The translations under genes were made by a program, and so were the position numbers. A stretch of DNA of 64,000 nt, taken from contig NC_083406.1 of NCBI RefSeq assembly GCF_020745735.1, positions 94,899,164 to 94,963,163 on the forward strand. The letters are read 5' to 3'. This DNA is from Hemiscyllium ocellatum (Eukaryota). The notes under the pieces were generated by a model. That model was given only the letters and a program-made list of their open reading frames with translations. It was not told where the DNA came from and made no database searches. This document shows, piece by piece, positions 59,701 to 64,000 of the stretch. The stretch's first letter is position 1. Each line of letters opens with the position of its first letter.

Positions 59701-62700
59701 GAGTTGGACATTAAGCATTTTATTTAGCTGGGTGTGTAAGGAAAGAAACGGGTTTTGTGGGATGATTAGGTGTTTGTGCAGCAACATTTTCTTGAGTTTG
59801 ACTGGTTTGTACAGCAGAGTGTACATTTTTGAAATGTGTAATATTTGTAAAAGAGCAGTGTTTTCAGAAGTCCAACATAATGAAACAGTTTGCTTTTCAC
59901 ATTAATTTCTAGTAAAACCTATTGCTACATTTTCTGGCTGTTTCTAAATCTGGAAAATTACTCAGAATTAACTCTTCTTTGTCTGCAGTACAATTACCAG
60001 CAGTATCGATCAGTGAGGAAACTGGTTTGGCAGAAGTTAACATGAATCAGAAAAATCAACTGAATATCAGAAATCATCCAGTTGCTACATCTTTTGCAAT
60101 TTTTGATGAGTAAGTTACATTTGAATGTGAATGTATTGTAACACTTTATAACATCATTTTGAGATTATGCTGTATTCTTATGACTGGGTTATCCTTTTTT
60201 CCAAATCATTTAGTGCAATACAATCATTATGAAGACAATTTATTGATCATGTCACAGCACAAATTACTAAAGGCAATCAGCTTTATTTCATCCATCTAGA
60301 AATACTTTCCATTCATTAGTGTCAAGGAGGCGGAGGTAGTTTGTAATTTTTTTAAAAACTGTGTCCACTGTCCCACCTGAACATCTAATTCACATTTTTG
60401 TTATTAATGACTTCCTGAAATCAGTCCTAAATTTTACCAGTTTGAGTTAGTGTACCCTATCTTCAACTACCTGATGAAGGAACGGTGCTCCGAAAGCTAG
60501 TGTGCTTCCAATTAAACCTGTTGGACTATAATCTGATGTTGTGTGATTTTTAATTCTAAATTTAAAGTATTATTCAGGAATTGTATTTGGCTGTCATCTA
60601 GCTATTCGGTCAAACCAGAGTCTCTCCATTTTAAAAAATCTTATAGCTTAAAGTTTTAAAATCTCCTAAATGGCTTAAAGTCTTCCCCAGTTTGAATGTA
60701 TAATTTTTCTGATGACCAGAATTGAACAAGTGTATTATACAGTTTAAGTGTGATTTCCTTTGAATTTAACTCCTTTTAGTTTGGCTACATGTTTCAGTAT
60801 TCTATTGGCTAAGTTGATTCCTGCTTTGCAGTGATTGGATGTGTTGAACTCTATCTCCACTCTCCTTTTTATTCAAAGATATTAGATACCCTCTGTGAAT
60901 CTGCTCAACTTTATCTCTGTATGATTGGTAGAGATCATTCTCCATCTTTATTTCACTTGGAATAGAAAAAAGTAGTAAAGTTAAAGTATGATAAACAAGT
61001 AATGTCTTAAATTTAACTTTCCTGGTTCAAGTTTAGAAATACAATTAATATATAATTTGTAACAAATGCCATGCCTGGAATGCAAAAAAAAATTGTTTAA
61101 GTATGGCTAACAACAGGAATTAAATGTTACTAATTGATTAAAGGAAGAAGCTTATAATATTGCCTGAGGATTGAGGATTTAGCACAGATTGAGGATTTTG
61201 TGTGGAGTTTCCTCATGTCTGCCTAAGTTTCATCCCACAGTCCAAAGATGTGTTTAAGTGGATTGGCCATGCTAAATTGCCTAGTCGTGTCCATGGATGT
61301 GCAGGTTAGGTGGATTAGCCATGGAAAATGCAGGGTTATAGGGTTGGTGGCAGAGTCTGGTGAGATGCTCTTTGGAGGGTCGGTGCACACTTGATGGTCA
61401 AATGGCCTCTATCTGTGCGGTAGGGATTCTATGATTCAAAGGACCGAGAAAATCATAAGGGAATAAGAAAAAAATAATAGGAGAGTTGATTGGCAAGGTG
61501 TGAAAACAGAAATATTTTATGGATACAGGAAGAGATTATGGGAAGTAATCAGAGGCCCATTGGATTTTCAGAAAATCTTGTGATAGGATACTACACAAGA
61601 GCTTAATTCACAAAATTAGGATTCATGGAGTTGGATTAGTATGTCAGCTTAGATTCAGGATTGGTTAATAGTCAAACTACAGAGCAGGAACATTTTCAGG
61701 TTGGCAGTCTGCATTTAGCAGTTTAGAGCAAGGATCAATACATGGAAGGCAAAAGTGAGGACTGCAGATGCTGGAAATCAGAGTCTAGATTAGAATGGTG
61801 TTGGAAAAGAGCACCCGGTCAGGCAGCATCCGAGGAGCAGGAAAATTTGACGTTTCGGGCAAAAGCCCTTCATCAGGACATCATCATAAGTCCTGATGAA
61901 GGGCTTTTGCCCGAAACGTCGAATTTTCCTGCTCCTCGGATGCTGCCTGACCAGCTGTGCTTTTCCAGCATCATTCTAACCTAGACTCAATACATGGAAC
62001 TCAGTTGTTTATGATCTACTAACAACATTGTTGAGAGGATTCAGTGTTACCTCTCCAAGTTTGCTGCAGATTGAAAGTTAGTTGAGAAACTAGCCTGAGG
62101 ATAAATTCAATTTAAATGAGAGGGAAATGTCAAATGGAAAGCAGAGTGTGAAGTTATTCATTTCAGTAGGAACATGGTGAAAGACTGGGAAATATGTACG
62201 TTGAGGAACCTGGCGTGTCTTATATGTGAAACACAGAGAATTAGCACACAGTTACTACACAGTATTTGCTCAGTTAAGTGTGTGCATGCATTTATTATAA
62301 AGAAATTAGCATATAACAGTAAAGATGTCTAACTACAATTGTACTGGTATTAGTGAGGCCACTCCTGGAGTAGTGTACAATTTTCATTTCGTTAAAGATG
62401 CCTAGAAGAGCAATGAAAGTCCAATAGTCAGATTTGTTGCAAAAAGGGAGTTGATCTGTGAGGAAAGATGATATACACTTAGACCTGTATCCCCTTGAGT
62501 TTAAAATAATAAGTAATTTGTTTATTATGGGAAGCTTGACCAGATGGTAGGGAAATCTAGGACCCAGGGTCACAGTCTCAGAATGGATCAGCAACTTTAG
62601 GTCTTTGATGAGGAGAAATCTCTTCATTGAGAAGTGGATAGTGCAGGAATGTGGAATTCAGATAGATTACCAGCCAAATTCTTTTTACATGGCACAACAA

Positions 62701-63994
62701 GCTCAAAGAGCTAAGTGACATACTCTAGCTCCTTTTTATGTTTCTAACAAATTTAACTTGCTCAACGAGAGTGCTATAGAAAGACAACTTTCTGATATTT
62801 GAAGTATTTCTTTTAAAGTCACTTATGAGTCAGTTGGTCTAGTGAGATAGCAGTGTATGGTTGCTGATAGTCACCTGAATCTAGATTGAAATCCCAGTGC
62901 GATATTCAAAAAAGTTTTACTCCTAGAAAATGGAGGTTAGTCAGCTATCACTGGACATGGAGGCAAAGAATCAAAGAGTAGGAGATGGACTATGTGAAGG
63001 CAAGAGAAGGTTGTAAATTGGAAGCGAAATTTTGAAGGCAAAAGCAGGGATGACTGATACCTTTTTATCCAAACACTTGAGTGTGAGGGAATGGAAAGAA
63101 TGTTCCATTTAAAAAAAAGAGAAGCATAGCCAGAACCCAGGCTATGAAATACCTTGTATTTGGAGTGTGTAAGTGGATTTGAACAATAACTCACTCAATG
63201 TGAGAACAAGTTCAGCAAAGTGGAGGAGGGTAGTGGTGGTTGGACATTGATGTAGCCTCTAAAAGGGAAGAAGCGGAATGCTTCAGACTGTCCTGAAGGC
63301 ATTGATTATCCATGAAGGTTGCTAGTCAGTATGTAAAGCAGGCTTTTGTCTCATCAAAGTAAGCTTGAATGCTGACCCAAAGACGAATGACCAATATTCA
63401 ACAGCTTTTCACCAGACTTTTTATTAGTATTTTTTTAAATTAATTATTTAAGGTCTATATAAATAAACAAAATTATCAGTAATTGGAATATTCCAAATGC
63501 CACGATTTTAATTTCTTTAAATAATATTTTAATAGAATTGAACTCTAGACCTTACTTCACTGTACTCTATTTTTTCATCAATGGTAAATGACAGATGCAT
63601 TAGGGGATTATTATAATAATTCATTGTACAATCTGAATGTCATAATGGTGCCAAACCATGTTTTTTTAAACTTGTTTTTAGTGGAATTTTATTTGAAATC
63701 TATTGCATATTTGGCTGTATGCACACAGGTATAAATTTGCATTATTACAGAAGAACTGCAGTTTCCAATCTTTATGCTATTATTGCAAAATACAAAATTG
63801 TAATATGAATTACTGAAGCTAGGAAACAAGTTTTTGTGGGAGAAACCGATAGTTTGAATATTCTAAAATGTTTCTCTTTTAAAAAAGCACAATATTCATT
63901 GTCGATCCAACAGCAGAGGAGGAGACGTTGGCATCAGGGATGGCTACTATAGTAATTGATGAAGAGGATAGGCTTTGTGCTGTTCATAAGCCAG
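41744..63994 (+). CDS. EXOSC8: EXOSC8 (RRP43) exosome component 8, RNase PH-like; coding exons 1-10, 3' end outside window
   Basis: Exons 41744-41760, 42047-42083, 42250-42313, 46243-46316, 47966-48011, 54375-54480, 54607-54652, 58845-58941, 59989-60109 and 63888-63994 (17,37,64,74,46,106,46,97,121,107 nt). They translate in frame as [63 protein letters not shown]...[19 protein letters not shown]...[22 protein letters not shown]...IVDPTAEEE...LCAVHKPG. Confidence 0.98.
41765..41930 (+). repeat. Polypurine G/A-rich low-complexity tract at the start of EXOSC8 intron 1
   Basis: gagaggcagagggagtgaggggagagggagtgagggggaaggggagg..., (GAGT)n, (GA)n, (GAGGCA)n. Confidence 0.9.
42047..42083 (+). CDS. 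EXOSC8: EXOSC8 exon 2 ([12 protein letters not shown])
   Basis: Acceptor tttattttag|, donor CTG|gtaggc. Confidence 0.96.
42250..42313 (+). CDS. EXOSC8: EXOSC8 exon 3 ([22 protein letters not shown])
   Basis: Acceptor gttttag|, donor G|gtgaga, RxDGR RNase PH motif. Confidence 0.97.
42769..43140 (-). mobile_element. Poseidon-like PLE 3' fragment
   Basis: [62 protein letters not shown]; hammerhead-like gca-ctgaatgt-gtcccc-tactca-ggggac-gaaac-gtc-tgc at 42824-42857. Confidence 0.85.
43910..44610 (-). mobile_element. CR1 3' fragment
   Basis: gaccaaaactgcacattgtatttgaaagtggtctcaccaatgctttgtatagctg = [19 protein letters not shown]-type remnant. Confidence 0.75.
45170..45425 (+). mobile_element. 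CR1 ORF1 (SGNH esterase) remnant
   Basis: [29 protein letters not shown]. Confidence 0.7.
46243..46316 (+). CDS. EXOSC8: EXOSC8 exon 4 ([24 protein letters not shown])
   Basis: Acceptor gttacag|, donor GTG|gtgaga, ADGSA motif. Confidence 0.96.
47308..47645 (-). mobile_element. HE1 SINE (older)
   Basis: [23 protein letters not shown]-type head and V-domain; tcatagaa tail. Confidence 0.85.
47966..48011 (+). CDS. EXOSC8: EXOSC8 exon 5 ([15 protein letters not shown])
   Basis: Acceptor tactttacag|, donor G|gtgcgt. Confidence 0.95.
49696..52621 (+). mobile_element. 5'-truncated Penelope-like element with inverted 5' pLTR and 15-bp TSD, split by a CR1 insertion
   Basis: TSD tgctttagctggttg at 49681-49695 and 52622-52636; GIY-YIG remnant [42 protein letters not shown], resuming after 52180 as KDMQ...[26 protein letters not shown]. 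Confidence 0.9.
50041..52178 (+). mobile_element. CR1/HER1-type LINE, 5'-truncated, well-preserved RT with frameshifts
   Basis: ORFs 50729-51142, 51136-51336 and 51341-51979: [60 protein letters not shown]; ctctatgac tail. Confidence 0.95.
53260..54320. mobile_element. Two degenerate CR1 3' fragments (minus ~53260-53960, plus ~53965-54320)
   Basis: Same CR1 3' motifs as 43910-44610 and 23410-24420. Confidence 0.65.
54375..54480 (+). CDS. EXOSC8: EXOSC8 exon 6 ([36 protein letters not shown])
   Basis: Acceptor taaaacag|, donor |gtaaga. Confidence 0.97.
54607..54652 (+). CDS. EXOSC8: EXOSC8 exon 7 ([15 protein letters not shown])
   Basis: Acceptor aatatag|, donor AAG|gtaagt. Confidence 0.96.
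55600..55830 (-). mobile_element. L2 LINE C-terminal remnant (further L2 RT remnant at ~57950-58370)
   Basis: [30 protein letters not shown]; FHM.DDTQL at ~58272-58298 on minus strand. Confidence 0.65.
56713..57663 (-). mobile_element. Solo LTR (TG...CA, 4-bp TSD GTAC; Gypsy-type) containing an HE1 SINE
   Basis: gtac|tgttatg...tttgtgaca|gtac. Confidence 0.8.
56920..57232 (+). mobile_element. HE1 SINE (young, full length, (CTAAT)n tail)
   Basis: gtgggcggcacggtggcacagtggttagcactgctgcctcacagcgcc...ggttcaattccc; possible TSD aactc at 56915-56919 and 57233-57237. Confidence 0.95.
58845..58941 (+). CDS. EXOSC8: EXOSC8 exon 8 ([32 protein letters not shown])
   Basis: Acceptor ttctttcag|, donor G|gtgagg, DGN motif. 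Confidence 0.97.
59205..59410 (-). mobile_element. tRNA-derived SINE (non-HE1)
   Basis: Minus strand ggttagttcatttggttggacagctgg...gggttcgattccc (A and B boxes) followed by a non-tRNA body. Confidence 0.65.
59989..60109 (+). CDS. EXOSC8: EXOSC8 exon 9 ([40 protein letters not shown])
   Basis: Acceptor gtctgcag|, donor GA|gtaagt. Confidence 0.97.
60471..60499 (+). ncRNA. Minimal hammerhead motif of a second PLE family (in pLTR fragment ~60465-60553)
   Basis: ac-CTGATGA-a-ggaacggtgctcc-GAAAG-CTA-gt; palindromic AGCU stem III. Confidence 0.7.
61198..61437 (+). mobile_element. 5'-truncated HE1 SINE within a degenerate CR1 (~61040-62700)
   Basis: cccacagtccaaagatgtg...ggagggtcggtgcacacttg...gggattctatgatt. 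Confidence 0.85.
61748..61986. mobile_element. Fold-back PLE pLTR insertion with 13-bp TSD and two intact hammerhead cores
   Basis: TSD tcaatacatggaa at 61735-61747 and 61987-61999; arms 61781-61879 and 61890-61988 with a 10-nt loop. Confidence 0.92.
61893..61920 (+). ncRNA. Minimal hammerhead motif, intact core, sense to EXOSC8 intron 9 (mirror copy on minus strand at 61849-61876)
   Basis: CTGATGA-a-gggc-tttt-gccc-GAAAC-GTC. Confidence 0.8.
63888..63994 (+). CDS. EXOSC8: EXOSC8 exon 10 ([36 protein letters not shown])
   Basis: Acceptor ttttaaaaaag|, donor CCAG|gtgtgt, DPTxEEE motif. Confidence 0.95.
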
Positions 63995-64000
63995 GTGTGT

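Noticed and set aside
7019-63994. U12-type or non-canonical introns, intronic snoRNAs, CRISPR-like arrays or prokaryotic systems
   Set aside because: All identified introns are GT-AG without the GTATCCT signature, no convincing C/D or H/ACA structure was seen by eye, and the dispersed repeats are eukaryotic retroelements rather than regularly spaced arrays.

Overview
Vertebrate genomic DNA, almost certainly from a cartilaginous fish (shark), judged by HE1-type tRNA-derived SINEs and their CR1/HER1-type partner LINEs. It holds the head-to-head housekeeping pair ALG5 and EXOSC8. ALG5 is on the minus strand and complete: 10 coding exons, 38251 down to 7019, 978 nt = 325 aa + stop, all introns GT-AG. 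EXOSC8/RRP43 is on the plus strand: coding exons 1-10 lie at 41744-63994 and the last exon is beyond the window. Introns and intergenic DNA are packed with nested retroelement relics: CR1, a second CR1-like LINE of uncertain clade, Rex1/Babar, L2, HE1 SINEs, Gypsy-type solo LTRs and at least four families of Penelope-like elements (PLEs). The most notable signal comes from the PLEs. Their terminal repeats (pLTRs) carry minimal type I hammerhead ribozyme motifs (CUGANGA-extra nt-stem II-GAAAC-GUC or GAAAG-CUA), several still intact. Five insertions share one architecture: inverted pLTR arms, a ~30-40 nt tail on one arm only, and 12-15 bp target-site duplications. Two 96/98-identical hammerhead-bearing copies sit in direct orientation on either side of ALG5 exon 1 and its CpG island. 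Exon coordinates were read base by base. Repeat boundaries are approximate, and family names come from recalled motifs, not database searches.
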